64,000 nt of DNA from Candidatus Thalassarchaeum betae. Lineage in GTDB: Archaea > Thermoplasmatota > Poseidoniia > Poseidoniales > Thalassarchaeaceae. The notes below the pieces were generated by a model, which saw only the letters and a list, made by a program, of their open reading frames with translations, had not been told where the DNA came from and searched no databases. The stretch lies in assembly GCA_003193925.1 (NCBI GenBank), contig PSPG01000001.1, positions 128,001-192,000 on the forward strand, read 5' to 3'. The position numbers and the translations under genes were made by a program. Positions 47,727 through 58,329 of the stretch are shown here, piece after piece (positions within the stretch are counted from its first letter, which is position 1; each line of letters begins with the position of its first letter).

Positions 47727-48800
47727 TCACATCTGCGTTCTGCGCCGCGGCTCGTGGAACTTCAGACCGCTCTCGATGCCGCCAGCGCGGGCCATCAGCA
47801 GGATGTCCTCGGTGAACTCCCTCTGGGTCTTGGCCGAGGACAAGCAGTAGAAGTTGCTCGAGACCGTGATCTTAGACGGAAGACTCTCGGTGACTCGGAC
47901 CCACGAGTCATCGGACTTTGTGGCCCTCGGGTCTGCCAGCACCTGCTCGTACACCGACTCGCAGAACTCGCGCAAGGAACTCCCGTCGCTGTCCCCCTCG
48001 AACTCGAAGCTCGGGCGGATCCTGCGGAACCTCCGTTGGCTGAAGTTCTCGACCGGTGAGTTGGTGATGTTTGAGTTAGGAATGGTCACCATAGTGTCCG
48101 CCCCGGTCCTCAGCATGGTCGTGCGCAGGCCGATGGTGATGACCTCCCCCTCGACTCCGTCTACGATGATCCAGTCGCCGACGTGGAACGGCTGGTCCAC
48201 GATGATCGAGATGGCGCCGAAGACGTTGGCGACCGAGTCTCGGGCTGCCAGCGCGAGCGCCAGACCGGTGATACCGAGACCGGCGATGAGCCCGTTCAGG
48301 TTGACGCCGAAGAGTCCTGCGACGACGAAGAATCCGACTACTACCACGGCGAGCCTGCCAATCGACTCAGCAACGCTCGCGAGAGAGCGGCGAGCCGCCA
48401 TGTTGTCTCCCTCGACTACGATGAAGGCGTCGAGGTAGTCGACCAGCCTGTAGGCTGTCAGAAGCATGAGAATTACGAAGCCAGCCCAGGCAGCGGTCGC
48501 GACATCCTCCATCAGCGCGGCGTCCCATACAGGCTCGGTGTTGGTTGCGAGCCAGTCCAGAGAGTACCACATCATCAAGAAGACAACCATCCACCTGAGT
48601 GACTTGGGGGCGAACAGGTTCCCGGCATCTATCCTCTCAATCTTGGAGAAGATGTCCATCAGTCGGGGGAAGATCATCCTCCTGGACATGACTCCAGTTG
48701 CTACACTGAGCACCGCGCAGGCGATTACAACAATCAGAGTGCCGGTCGAGAACCCGCCAATCACGGCCTCGCCCTCCATGAATTCATCGAGCATTTCCAT
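47727..48800 (-). CDS. Small-conductance mechanosensitive channel (MscS family)
   Basis: GLGITGLALALAARD, PFHVGDWI, IGLRTT, IPNS. Confidence 0.88.
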   Translation of the reverse strand: MEMLDEFMEGEAVIGGFSTGTLIVVIACAVLSVATGVMSRRMIFPRLMDIFSKIERIDAGNLFAPKSLRWMVVFLMMWYSLDWLATNTEPVWDAALMEDVATAAWAGFVILMLLTAYRLVDYLDAFIVVEGDNMAARRSLASVAESIGRLAVVVVGFFVVAGLFGVNLNGLIAGLGITGLALALAARDSVANVFGAISIIVDQPFHVGDWIIVDGVEGEVITIGLRTTMLRTGADTMVTIPNSNITNSPVENFSQRRFRRIRPSFEFEGDSDGSSLREFCESVYEQVLADPRATKSDDSWVRVTESLPSKITVSSNFYCLSSAKTQREFTEDILLMARAGGIESGLKFHEPRRRTQM

Positions 48801-48899
48801 GCTCCGGCCGAGGACCCCTCCCTCAAAAAGGCAACCCCGGTCCTGTGGACCGCTCTGCGAGGGATTGAATACCGTCCCTATGGTCGCAGAGACGTTCCC

Positions 48900-51080
48900 A
48901 TGTCGTCTAATGCGACCCCGCGAGCCGGGGATGATGAAGCACGACTCCGGCGAGTTCCGGTGACTGCGATGCTGCTTCCGTTGCTGCTTTCGGTTATCGC
49001 CCCGGCGTCCTTGCTGGCACCCGTCGGTGCTCAGGACGACCCCCCCGGCTACGCTCCGGAGGACATCTGGTCGGACGAGTACGTATCCCAGATATTCCCT
49101 TGGGGCAACCCCCAAGACGAGCGAGTCCAGTTCAGGATGTATCACGACTACTTCACGATGAAGGACAGGATGCAGTTCCTCGCCGATCGCAACCCCGACA
49201 TCATATCATTCCATGAAGGACTCATCGGCGGCATCAACTCCCGTGGCAACGAGATGGGCTCCGATGACTATGAGGGCTGGTACTACAACCACGCCAGTCC
49301 TTGGGTGAAGATCACAGCGGACGTAACCGGAGGAGATTGCAACGACTTCGTCGGAGACTGCGGCAACTACGCTGACCGTCCCGATGTCATGTTCGTAGGT
49401 AACCACCACGCAAGGGAGTGGATGTCCTACACCGTACCGATGTTGTTCATTGAGACCTTGGTGTACTACTACGGTCAGGCCGGGGTGGACAACGACGGCG
49501 ACGGCCTGATTGACGAGGATGGCTGGGACGGCATCGACAACGATGGGGATTGTTTGAGGCTCGATGCTAGCATTCAGGACTACAATGGCGACGGCGTTGC
49601 ATGCGGTCCCGGGGACTTGGGAGTGGACGAGGACTTCTCGGAGCAGTTCATCACCGACCTCGTCAATTCGAGGGAGATCTATGTGATTCCCATGCTCAAC
49701 GTCGACGGCAATCGCTACGATCGTGAGGAGTACTGCGGCGAGACCGCATGGGAGAACTGCAGGACCAGCGGTTGGAGGAAGAACCTGCGAGACAACACCG
49801 TGACAGGAGTGACACCTTTGCCGGACATCGATGAGGAGGTCGACGAGGGCTGCGACGGGGTCGACCTGAATCGCAACTACCAGTTCGAGTGGGGCGCGCC
49901 TCTCGGCGCGACCGGACCGCTCTTTCCGGGGATGTGCTACGCCGACGGGCCGAACAACGATGTCTACAACGGACCGGTCGACACCGTCGACAACGATGAG
50001 GACGGCAAACTCAACGAGGATCACGTCGACGGCAAGGACGACGACGCGGACGGTCTGGTAGACGAGGACTGGATGGGCGGGCACAGCGAGCCTGAGACCA
50101 AGTTCATCCAGGATTTGACCGAGATGAATGACGACGACGGCGACGGGTCTTCCGAATTCAAGACCACGATCACATGGCACTCGTACTCAGAGCTGGTCCT
50201 ATGGCCATGGGGGCACTGCACCGACTGCATCACCCCCGATGACGTGTATCTCATCTATCATGGGAACATCATGGCTCAGATGACAGATTACGCCCCGATG
50301 CAGTCATCAGACCTGTACCCGACCACCGGAGACTTCTGCGACTGGCATTACGGGGTCCACGATTCTTACTGCTATACCATAGAGATCGGCAACGCCTTCC
50401 ACGAGCTTCCCGAGGACATCGCCCATACCGCAGTTCGAAATCTGGGGATTTCATTCTACATGTCGGAGATTGCCGATGACCCCCGATACAGGGCGATCGT
50501 GGGGATCGAGAACACCACCACCCGTCAGTGGCTGGCAGACCCCGCCAATGTCACTGTCCCGGAGAACGGCGACATACCCATCGAGTTGTGCCTCGATGTC
50601 GCATTCCCCTACACCACTCAGATCGAGCGCACACATCTCATGTGGCGCTTCGTCGAGCCAACTAGGCAGCAGAACGACTTCGGCCCGACAGAATGGGTCG
50701 AAGTCCCATGGAAGATGTCCGCGTTCGCAGAGACTGAGGACCCCTGCGTGCTTCTAGACGGTGCCAACGGCACCCTACTCTCCGCGGACATCCCACTTCC
50801 AGATACCTCGGTCGGCAAGATCCAGTACAAGGCGATGCTAGGCACTACCAACGGGGCCTTCCCGTTCACCTACCCATCCGTGGAGGAGGGATGGAACTAC
50901 TACGAGTTGACGATTCCATACCGGGCCTCCTTCGGCTCTTCGATTCTGGCTGTCCTGATGTTCCTGGTGATAGCCAGCTTCGTCTGGGGCGGCCTCGGCT
51001 ACACCCTGCGGGCGATGTTCGACGATGAGCGTGGCGTGATCGGGCTGCCCGATGAAATTGGCTCGGGTGACGGAGGATGA
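48900..51080 (+). CDS. Secreted, membrane-anchored M14 zinc carboxypeptidase with Ca-binding repeats
   Basis: HHARE, NVDG, WRKN, DLNRNY, HSYSE, TIEIG; signal peptide and C-terminal TM; start may be about 48960. Confidence 0.88.
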   Translation: MSSNATPRAGDDEARLRRVPVTAMLLPLLLSVIAPASLLAPVGAQDDPPGYAPEDIWSDEYVSQIFPWGNPQDERVQFRMYHDYFTMKDRMQFLADRNPDIISFHEGLIGGINSRGNEMGSDDYEGWYYNHASPWVKITADVTGGDCNDFVGDCGNYADRPDVMFVGNHHAREWMSYTVPMLFIETLVYYYGQAGVDNDGDGLIDEDGWDGIDNDGDCLRLDASIQDYNGDGVACGPGDLGVDEDFSEQFITDLVNSREIYVIPMLNVDGNRYDREEYCGETAWENCRTSGWRKNLRDNTVTGVTPLPDIDEEVDEGCDGVDLNRNYQFEWGAPLGATGPLFPGMCYADGPNNDVYNGPVDTVDNDEDGKLNEDHVDGKDDDADGLVDEDWMGGHSEPETKFIQDLTEMNDDDGDGSSEFKTTITWHSYSELVLWPWGHCTDCITPDDVYLIYHGNIMAQMTDYAPMQSSDLYPTTGDFCDWHYGVHDSYCYTIEIGNAFHELPEDIAHTAVRNLGISFYMSEIADDPRYRAIVGIENTTTRQWLADPANVTVPENGDIPIELCLDVAFPYTTQIERTHLMWRFVEPTRQQNDFGPTEWVEVPWKMSAFAETEDPCVLLDGANGTLLSADIPLPDTSVGKIQYKAMLGTTNGAFPFTYPSVEEGWNYYELTIPYRASFGSSILAVLMFLVIASFVWGGLGYTLRAMFDDERGVIGLPDEIGSGDGG

Positions 51081-52891
51081 ACCCGCAGTCCGAGCCCTCC
51101 TCGGACCAGTTCAGTGGCCGTCTCGGACTCATCTTCGCCACCATCGGTGCCGCCATCGGCACTGGCAACATCTGGCGCTTCCCGAGGATGGTAGGCGCCA
51201 ACGGCGGCGGCTCCTTCCTCGTGCCGTGGCTCCTCTTCCTATTCCTCTGGTCGATTCCGCTCATCATCGCCGAGTTCGCGCTGGGCAAGCGCAGCAGGAC
51301 CGGGACCGTCGGCACCTTCCGCATCTTCGCCGGCCGCAACTTCGCTTGGTTGGGGCTGTGGACGGCGTGGATTTCGACTGCAATCGGCTTCTACTACGCA
51401 GTAGTAACAGGATGGTGCCTCAACTACTTCCAAGCCGCCATGCGGGGCGGACTGGCCGAGGGTGTCGACACCATTGAGGTCTGGAACAACTTCCTCCAGG
51501 CACCCGGCCAGGTCATCATCTTCCAAGCGGTCGCGATACTGATCACGATGGCCGCCATCTGGCGCGGGGCGAGGGCCATCGAGAAGGCCAACGTCTGGCT
51601 GATGACATCCCTCTTCGTTCTCCTGTTCGTCGCCCTCTTCCTCGCTTTCGTGATGGACTTCGAGGACGGCACCCTCGACGGCTTCGTCTTCATGTTCACC
51701 ATCCAGCCCGAGTATCTGATGCAGCCTGAGACCTGGATCAACGGCCTCTCGCAGTCAGCATGGTCCTGCTCTGCCGGGATGGGCATGGCCATCACCTACT
51801 CGGTGTACATGCGCAAGGACGAGGACACCACCCTCAACGCCGCCACTATGTGCCTAGCCAACAACAGCGTCTCGATCATCGCAGGACTCACCGTGATGAT
51901 GGCTGTGTTCGCAGTGGTCGACGACCCGCTCAGCGCGGTCGGCGGCGGCAGTTCGGCAATCACCTTCCTCGTACTGCCGGAGGTCTTCGCGCAGGCCCCA
52001 GGCGGCCCCGCGACCCAGCTTCTGATGGTCGCAGTCTTCTTCCTCGCCCTCTCGTTCGCAGCGCTGACCTCGATGATCTCGACAGTCGAGCTGTGCGTGC
52101 GCAACTTCGTCGACCACGGCGTCGACCGCTCGCAGGCGGTCGGCTTCACCGGCGCGGCCATCTTCCTCTTCGGCCTGCCGAGCGCGGGTCTGTGGATCCT
52201 CGTGGACGACTCGACAGGCGTGGCCTTCCCGCAGTTCCTCGAGGTGCAGGACCACATCTGGGGCTACGGCCTGCTGTTCAGCGGGTTGTTCATCGCCTAC
52301 AGCATCTGGAAGTACGGCTGGAGCCGTTACAAGTCGTGGCAGGAGGAGAACGAGGTCGAGGACTTCGACATGGGAGACTACGTGGAGAACGGCGTCTCGG
52401 CGTTCCGCGACGACTTCATCAACACCGGCGACAACGACTGGTGGATCGGGCGCTGGTGGGACGTCATCATGTACATCGGGTTCCCGGCGATGTTCTCCAT
52501 CCTGATACTCTCCTACTTCGCCGACCTGCTGACCACCGTGCACGACCCGTGGAACCCCTCGAACCCGGACGGCATCTCAATCATCCTGCTGTTCTGGGGG
52601 GTCACGGCATCCATCTTCTTCTCGCTGAACAAGTATGTCCTCGTCAACCGGATGGTCCCGACGACCGACTCCCGGTGGCCTCTCTATATCTTCTCAAGAG
52701 ACTTCGAGCTTGAGCCGCGCCCGCTGTTCCGCAACGTCCCCGAGGGCGCGGACGCGTCGATTGACATGCTGCCGGGAGGCGACGACCCGTTCGTCGTACA
52801 GTCCGGGGCAGAATTACCGGATTCATTCGTCGACGAACACGGCGAGATCCGCAGCCACTCTATGGCAACAGTTGAAGCGGAATTCGCGTGA
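51077..52891 (+). CDS. Sodium-dependent transporter (NSS/SNF family)
   Basis: GAAIGTGNIWRFP, NGGGSFL, TYSVY, ALTSMIS. Confidence 0.92.
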   Translation: MNPQSEPSSDQFSGRLGLIFATIGAAIGTGNIWRFPRMVGANGGGSFLVPWLLFLFLWSIPLIIAEFALGKRSRTGTVGTFRIFAGRNFAWLGLWTAWISTAIGFYYAVVTGWCLNYFQAAMRGGLAEGVDTIEVWNNFLQAPGQVIIFQAVAILITMAAIWRGARAIEKANVWLMTSLFVLLFVALFLAFVMDFEDGTLDGFVFMFTIQPEYLMQPETWINGLSQSAWSCSAGMGMAITYSVYMRKDEDTTLNAATMCLANNSVSIIAGLTVMMAVFAVVDDPLSAVGGGSSAITFLVLPEVFAQAPGGPATQLLMVAVFFLALSFAALTSMISTVELCVRNFVDHGVDRSQAVGFTGAAIFLFGLPSAGLWILVDDSTGVAFPQFLEVQDHIWGYGLLFSGLFIAYSIWKYGWSRYKSWQEENEVEDFDMGDYVENGVSAFRDDFINTGDNDWWIGRWWDVIMYIGFPAMFSILILSYFADLLTTVHDPWNPSNPDGISIILLFWGVTASIFFSLNKYVLVNRMVPTTDSRWPLYIFSRDFELEPRPLFRNVPEGADASIDMLPGGDDPFVVQSGAELPDSFVDEHGEIRSHSMATVEAEFA

Positions 52892-54339
52892 GTCCGACCA
52901 TGTCCGAGCCGGCACGCTGGGAGCTCCGCTGGTCCGAGGTCGCAGTTCTTGATGGCAACGCTGCGGCGTTGGGCATCGATGAATCCTCTCTGATGGATGC
53001 CGCCGGCATGGCGCTGGCCGAGGCGGCAGCAGAGATGGCCGACGGAGCGGTGCTGGTGCTGTGCGGGCCGGGCAACAACGGCGGCGATGGCTTCGTCGCC
53101 GCGCGTTACCTGCGTGAGTGGGGCACCGAGGTGTCCGTGTTGGCCAGTCATGCCATCTCGCGCGGCGAGACCGCGCGCGAGGCCCGGAGATCGACAGGAG
53201 CGGAGGTCCGCGTCTGGCCGGAGCAGCCGTCCGGGGAGAGGACCCTCGTGGTCGACTGCTTGCTCGGTGCTGGGGCTGCGGGCCCCGGGTACAGCCTCAG
53301 GGGACCAATCAAGGAGATTGCGGCGTGGGCTGGGGGGCTCGGACTACCGGTCCTGGCATGTGACATCCCAACAGGCTTGGGAGGGCCCGACGCTCTGCAA
53401 GCGGATGCCACAATTACATTCCATAGTATGAAGGAGGGATTGGCCTCAACCGGCTCGGGGGTTGTAACAGTGGCGCCGCTTCCCTGGCCGGCCGATGTGG
53501 AGAATTGCGGCTCTGGCGATGCGGCCCGCTATCCGCCACTGGATGCCTCGGCTCGCAAGGGCGACCGCGGCAGGTTGTGGGTCATCGGCGGCGGGCCGTA
53601 CCACGGCGCTCCCCTACTCGCAGGCATGGCCGCCGCTCGCAGCGGTTGCGACCTCGTCCACGTGGCGATGCCGAGCGCTGCCGCGGCAAGGGCCGAGTGG
53701 CCGCCGACTCTGATTCCCGAGGTCCTGCCTGACGAGGACAAGCTGACCGAGGCCTCACTCGCACACGTAGCCAGCGCGTTCGGAGCCCGTGGAGCACAGG
53801 CGTTGGTGATCGGGCCGGGACTGGGCAGGGACGAGGCCACCATGCACGCGGTAGGCGCACTCCTCAAGCAGGCTTCGCAGAAGGGCATCCCAGTGGTGGT
53901 CGACGCTGACGCAATCAACGCCCTACCCAAGGGGGCATGGCCAGTCGGCCTGCAAGGTGTTGCGACCCCCCACCCCAAGGAGGCCGAGCGCTGGCTCGAA
54001 GGAGCATCACCAGTGGAGGCCTTGGCCGACTGCTCGGGTGAGTCGGTGACCATCGTGGTCACCGGACCCGAGGACTCCCTCACCGGCCCGGAGGGCCGGG
54101 TCTGCCGCGCCACCGGCGGTCACTCTCGCATGGCTGTGGGCGGCACTGGCGACCTTCTTGCTGGGACGATAGGCGGGCTGCTTGCCCAAGGCATGGCAGC
54201 TTGGCCGGCAGCGAGACTCGGCTGCGCGCTGCTGCGCGAGGCCGGTGCGCGCGCAGCCCAGGGCACGGGCCCCGGGCTGCTCGCGGAGGACGTTCCCGTG
54301 GAGCTAGCCAGAGTCCTGTCGGAGTGGACCGAGGGCTAG
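52888..54339 (+). CDS. nnr: Bifunctional NAD(P)H-hydrate epimerase/dehydratase
   Basis: CGPGNNGGDG, DIPTG, IGPGLGR, DADA, TPH..E, GGTGDLLAG. Confidence 0.92.
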   Translation: MSPTMSEPARWELRWSEVAVLDGNAAALGIDESSLMDAAGMALAEAAAEMADGAVLVLCGPGNNGGDGFVAARYLREWGTEVSVLASHAISRGETAREARRSTGAEVRVWPEQPSGERTLVVDCLLGAGAAGPGYSLRGPIKEIAAWAGGLGLPVLACDIPTGLGGPDALQADATITFHSMKEGLASTGSGVVTVAPLPWPADVENCGSGDAARYPPLDASARKGDRGRLWVIGGGPYHGAPLLAGMAAARSGCDLVHVAMPSAAAARAEWPPTLIPEVLPDEDKLTEASLAHVASAFGARGAQALVIGPGLGRDEATMHAVGALLKQASQKGIPVVVDADAINALPKGAWPVGLQGVATPHPKEAERWLEGASPVEALADCSGESVTIVVTGPEDSLTGPEGRVCRATGGHSRMAVGGTGDLLAGTIGGLLAQGMAAWPAARLGCALLREAGARAAQGTGPGLLAEDVPVELARVLSEWTEG

Positions 54340-54340
54340 C

Positions 54341-54814
54341 ATGCTGGTGAGCGAGGAGTACCCGTGGCGCAAGCTGCTGCGCGAGTACGCGACCTACTGC
54401 GCTGTGGGCTGCATCAACGTCGTGGTCTTCTTCGTGCTCTACGATTGGCTGTACGGAATGGGTCTGTCCGAGCGGTTCCCGGCCGCCAGCGCATGGGCGA
54501 TCGCCTACTTCGTCAGTTCTTGGCAGGCGCACTTCCTGCACCGTTGGCTCACCTTCGAGTCACCGACCGGATACACCCGGAGCCTCACCGTGATGATGGT
54601 GATCTACACCATTCTGTGGGCTATCTCGACCGTCTCGATAGCCTACTTCAGCGACACCCTCGGATACAATCACCTCTATTCGTGGGCCGCCAACACAGCA
54701 GCCTTCGGGTTCCTCACCTTCCTCGCACTGCGAATCTTCGCGTTCCCGCTCTCGGACGGCCGCATCACGCGCAAAGAACGCCTCGAGCAGTACAAAGAGC
54801 GGCGTAGGGCTTGA
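54341..54814 (+). CDS. GtrA family membrane protein
   Basis: YCAVGCIN, four TMs, LHRWLTF. Confidence 0.8.
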   Translation: MLVSEEYPWRKLLREYATYCAVGCINVVVFFVLYDWLYGMGLSERFPAASAWAIAYFVSSWQAHFLHRWLTFESPTGYTRSLTVMMVIYTILWAISTVSIAYFSDTLGYNHLYSWAANTAAFGFLTFLALRIFAFPLSDGRITRKERLEQYKERRRA

Positions 54815-54838
54815 AGTGGGCTTGTTCGTGGCGCGGCC

Positions 54839-56095
54839 GTGACCCAGGGGGTACGAGGCACCCGGGACTTCTATCCCGGGGACATGCGGGTACGCAACTG
54901 GCTGTTCGACAACTTCCGCAGCGCTGCGCGCAGCCACGGCTTTGAGGAGTACGACTCCCCGGTGCTCGAGTACGAGGAGCTCTACACCCGCAAGCAGGGC
55001 GAGGAGATAACCCAGCAGTTGTACAACTTCGAGGACAAGGGCGAGCGCAGGGTCGCTCTGCGCCCTGAGATGACGCCGTCCCTCGCTCGCATGGTGATGG
55101 CCAGAGCCAGTGCTCTGCCCACGCCGATCAAGTGGTTCTCGATTCCGCAGTGCTGGCGCTACGAACGCACCCAACGCGGACGCGGGCGCGAACACTACCA
55201 GTGGAACGTAGACGTCTGGGGCACGGAGGCGCTGGAGGCTGACGTCGAACTGCTTTCGGTGCTCGTGACCTTCTTCGAGGGGGTCGGCCTGAGCGCCGAC
55301 GACCTCGTCATCAGTATCAGCAGCCGCAAGGTGCTCGAGGAGGTGCTCGGCTCGCTCGGGATCTCAGGGGATGCCTTCGCGGCGACCTGCATCGTCGTCG
55401 ACAAGATGGGCAAACTCCCGGACGATGTCGTCGCAGAGCAACTCGCAGAGCAGGGACTTGGCGCGGATGCGGTAGCCACCATCCAGTCGACTCTGGCACT
55501 CAGGGATCTGGATTCGCTCGCAGGAGCGCTGGGTGGGGGCAGCGCAGCCGTGGCAGAGCTGGTGGCATTGTTCGATTTGGTCGATGCCTATGGCATCGCA
55601 GACTGGGTCGCCTTCGACGCCTCGGTGGTACGGGGGCTGGCCTACTACACCGGACCCGTCTTCGAGGCGCACGACCGCGCCGGAAATCTTCGCGCCATCT
55701 GTGGCGGCGGGCGCTACGACAGGCTGCTGTCGAGCCTCGGCGGCAACGACATGCCGGCCACCGGCTTCGGCTTCGGTGACATGGTCATCATGGAGCTGCT
55801 GATGGAAGAGGGACTCGTGCCAGACTTGCCTTCGGGCAACGAGGACATCGTAATCGCCCTGAGCGAGGATCTCCGACCTGCCGCTATGTCGGTCGCCGCC
55901 AGGCTGAGGGCCAGCGGGCGCTCGGTCGACCTAGTGCTCGAGGACAAGCGCATGAAGTGGGCCTTCCGGCACGCCGAGCGCAGCGGCGCTCAGAGGCTGG
56001 TGATGGTCATGCCCGAGGAGTGGGCCGCCGGCAATGTCAGGATCAAGCAGCTCGAAAGCGGCGAGGAGTCAGACGTCGCCTTGGGCGATCTGTGA
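54839..56095 (+). CDS. hisS: Histidine--tRNA ligase
   Basis: RGTRDF, LRPEMT, RYER.QRGR.RE, VRGLAYYTG, GGGRYD. Confidence 0.96.
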   Translation: MTQGVRGTRDFYPGDMRVRNWLFDNFRSAARSHGFEEYDSPVLEYEELYTRKQGEEITQQLYNFEDKGERRVALRPEMTPSLARMVMARASALPTPIKWFSIPQCWRYERTQRGRGREHYQWNVDVWGTEALEADVELLSVLVTFFEGVGLSADDLVISISSRKVLEEVLGSLGISGDAFAATCIVVDKMGKLPDDVVAEQLAEQGLGADAVATIQSTLALRDLDSLAGALGGGSAAVAELVALFDLVDAYGIADWVAFDASVVRGLAYYTGPVFEAHDRAGNLRAICGGGRYDRLLSSLGGNDMPATGFGFGDMVIMELLMEEGLVPDLPSGNEDIVIALSEDLRPAAMSVAARLRASGRSVDLVLEDKRMKWAFRHAERSGAQRLVMVMPEEWAAGNVRIKQLESGEESDVALGDL

Positions 56096-56914
56096 TCACT
56101 CTTCGCGAGAGAGTCTGCTAGCACCGACCGCGGCCAGTGCCAGAGCACCGATGCCGGCTACGAGTCCGAATCCCGGTAGAGCATCTGATACCGCGTCTCC
56201 GATTCCACCGTCACCACCGCCTTCTCCAGGGATGGTCTGGTTAACTACAGGGAACCCGACTTCAGCACTGTCATTGCCAGGTGTATGGTAATACATCCTA
56301 AATGAACCGCCACAATAGAAGAAGATACAAGTGAAGGGACTGTCATAACCAGGATACGAATACTCAACCCTAAGTTGAGGTTCCTGAGTGCGATTAAATC
56401 TGGTCATATTTTTATCAATGTTGATATCCCAAGTCACAGTGTCATCCTGACCGGATCTATCAACCGAAGGAAACTCCTGCCTCGCTATTTGAAAAGTCCC
56501 TTTGTACAATGTTAGATTCAGATTCTCGCACTTCCGATCACCTGTACACTCACCGTCAGCATCAATATTGAAATTCAGTAAAATCTGAATAGTTCCATTC
56601 GGGTTAAGATACATGTCTTGCTTGAATGACTCCTCCATCTTGCAGGTGTAGTCCATCTCAATTTGCTGTCCATTCTGATTTGGCCACACTTCTTCCCCGT
56701 ATCCTTGTTCGGCTGAACCAGTAGTATCGTTTCCATCAAAATGAGCAAAACAATTGCTTAGGTCATCATTTCCATAGATGTGCATGTGGGGATTGTCGAC
56801 AGAGGGCTGCTTGGGGTCCTGAACCACATCCTGCGCGCTCGCGGGCGCGGCCACGGCCGACAGGGCTAGCAGCAGGGCCAGTCCCAAGGCGTGTGCAGCA
56901 TGGTGCGTCTGCAT
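56096..56914 (-). CDS. Surface protein with PGF-CTERM sorting signal
   Basis: Signal peptide; C-terminal LPGFG + TM + basic residues; several NxS/T sequons. Confidence 0.82.
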   Translation of the reverse strand: MQTHHAAHALGLALLLALSAVAAPASAQDVVQDPKQPSVDNPHMHIYGNDDLSNCFAHFDGNDTTGSAEQGYGEEVWPNQNGQQIEMDYTCKMEESFKQDMYLNPNGTIQILLNFNIDADGECTGDRKCENLNLTLYKGTFQIARQEFPSVDRSGQDDTVTWDINIDKNMTRFNRTQEPQLRVEYSYPGYDSPFTCIFFYCGGSFRMYYHTPGNDSAEVGFPVVNQTIPGEGGGDGGIGDAVSDALPGFGLVAGIGALALAAVGASRLSREE

Positions 56915-56967
56915 GTTTCCGACTCCAAATGCTCCCTGTTTGAGACTTACCCCGTTCTGGGCCCCCT

Positions 56968-58083
56968 TCAATCGAACCTGTGGAATCCGCCTTCCGCGGT
57001 ACTGCGCCCCTTCCGGGCGATGTTCAGGGCCTCTCCGAGCATATCTGCGCTCATCATCTCCTGGTCGATGCGCGAGTTGGCCACTCCGGTGATGATCGAC
57101 ATGACCTTGATGGTGTCTCCGAAGGCGGGGTCCTGGCGGGCCCCGAAGATGACGTTGGCCTCCGAGGACAGCCTCGACGTCATCAGGTCACAGACCTGGT
57201 TGGCCTGCTCGAGGGTCATGTACGGGCCTCCTGTGACGTGGATGAGCGCACCCGTGGCACCGTCGATGTCGATGTCGAGCAGCGGGTGGTTGAGTGATTC
57301 GTGCACCACCTCCTCCGGCCCCTGGTCGCTCTCGCCGTAGAGCATCATCGTCACGCCACCCCCCTTCATGATGCTCCGGACGTCGGCGAAGTCGAGGTTG
57401 ATCAGGCTCGGCAGGGTGATGGTCTCGACCACTCCCTTGACTATCTCGGCGATGAGCTGGTCCATGATGCTGAAGGCCTCGTCAAGAGGCAGGTTAGGCA
57501 CGAAGTGCAGGAGCCTGTTGTTGTCGAGGACGAGCACCGCGTCGGCCGCCTTCCGGAGCAACTCCAACCCCTCGAGCGCCCGCTGCATTCTCTGCCTGCG
57601 CTCGACGGAGAAAGGAGTCGTGACGATGGCGACGACGAGGGCACCGGAGCGCTTGGCCTCCTCTGAGACAATCGGCGCGATGCCGGTGCCAGTGCCACCG
57701 CCTAGGCCTGCGGTGACGAAGACGAGGTCAGCCCCACTGACTATCTTGGCGATGACCTCTCGCCCAGCCTCGGCGCAGCGTCTTCCGGTGACGGGGTCAC
57801 CGCCGGCTCCAAGACCCCTCGTGATGTGCCTACCGATCAGCAGTTTCTGCATCGCCCTGGTGTGGTCGAGATGCTGCTTGTCGGTGTTGATCGCTACAGT
57901 GACAGCGCCTTCGACGCCGATGTGGGTGATTCGATTCATCGTGTTGTTGCCAGAGCCGCCGCAACCGCAGACCAGGATGCGCGGGTCGGGAGGTCCGAAA
58001 GACTCGAGTTCACGGTCAGTAAGAGCGGTCGGGATCCTACCATCTGGAATCTGGTCAATCGCTGACGCCGGCGCCTCCGTCAT
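56968..58083 (-). CDS. ftsZ: Second cell division protein FtsZ (FtsZ2-like)
   Basis: GCGGSGNN, NTDKQHL, GLGGGTGTG, LDNNRL, SLINLDFADV. Confidence 0.95.
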   Translation of the reverse strand: MTEAPASAIDQIPDGRIPTALTDRELESFGPPDPRILVCGCGGSGNNTMNRITHIGVEGAVTVAINTDKQHLDHTRAMQKLLIGRHITRGLGAGGDPVTGRRCAEAGREVIAKIVSGADLVFVTAGLGGGTGTGIAPIVSEEAKRSGALVVAIVTTPFSVERRQRMQRALEGLELLRKAADAVLVLDNNRLLHFVPNLPLDEAFSIMDQLIAEIVKGVVETITLPSLINLDFADVRSIMKGGGVTMMLYGESDQGPEEVVHESLNHPLLDIDIDGATGALIHVTGGPYMTLEQANQVCDLMTSRLSSEANVIFGARQDPAFGDTIKVMSIITGVANSRIDQEMMSADMLGEALNIARKGRSTAEGGFHRFD

Positions 58084-58239
58084 TCGTCTTACCCCAGTGC
58101 ATCCCCGGCATCGCTGCCTACGGTCGCGAAGTGCCTTTCTTGGCCTTCTTAACTTTGAGGGAAGTGAGGGAGTCATCGAGGCGATTATTCAGGGGTCTCC
58201 GGAAAGCGAGATAAGGAGGGGGTCGCTCCATTGGCATGG

Positions 58240-58329
58240 CCGCGCTTAGCTCAGTTGGCTAGAGCACCTGACTGTAGACTGGAAACACTTGGTTGTAGGC
58301 AGCCATCAGGGGGTCCCCGGTTCAAGTCC
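58240..58329 (+). tRNA. tRNA-Tyr(GTA) with 27-nt BHB intron (58278-58304); 3' T-stem and acceptor strand missing
   Basis: CCGCGCT-TA-GCTC..GAGC-A-CCTGA-CTGTAG|intron|A-TCAGG-GGGTC-CCCGG-TTCAAGT-CC, then the sequence diverges. Confidence 0.8.

Noticed and set aside
58198-58211. TCCGGAAAGCGAGA upstream of tRNA-Tyr as the 3' half of a permuted tRNA
   Set aside because: It pairs poorly with the acceptor strand CCGCGCT, has no BHB, and sits where BRE/TATA elements are expected.
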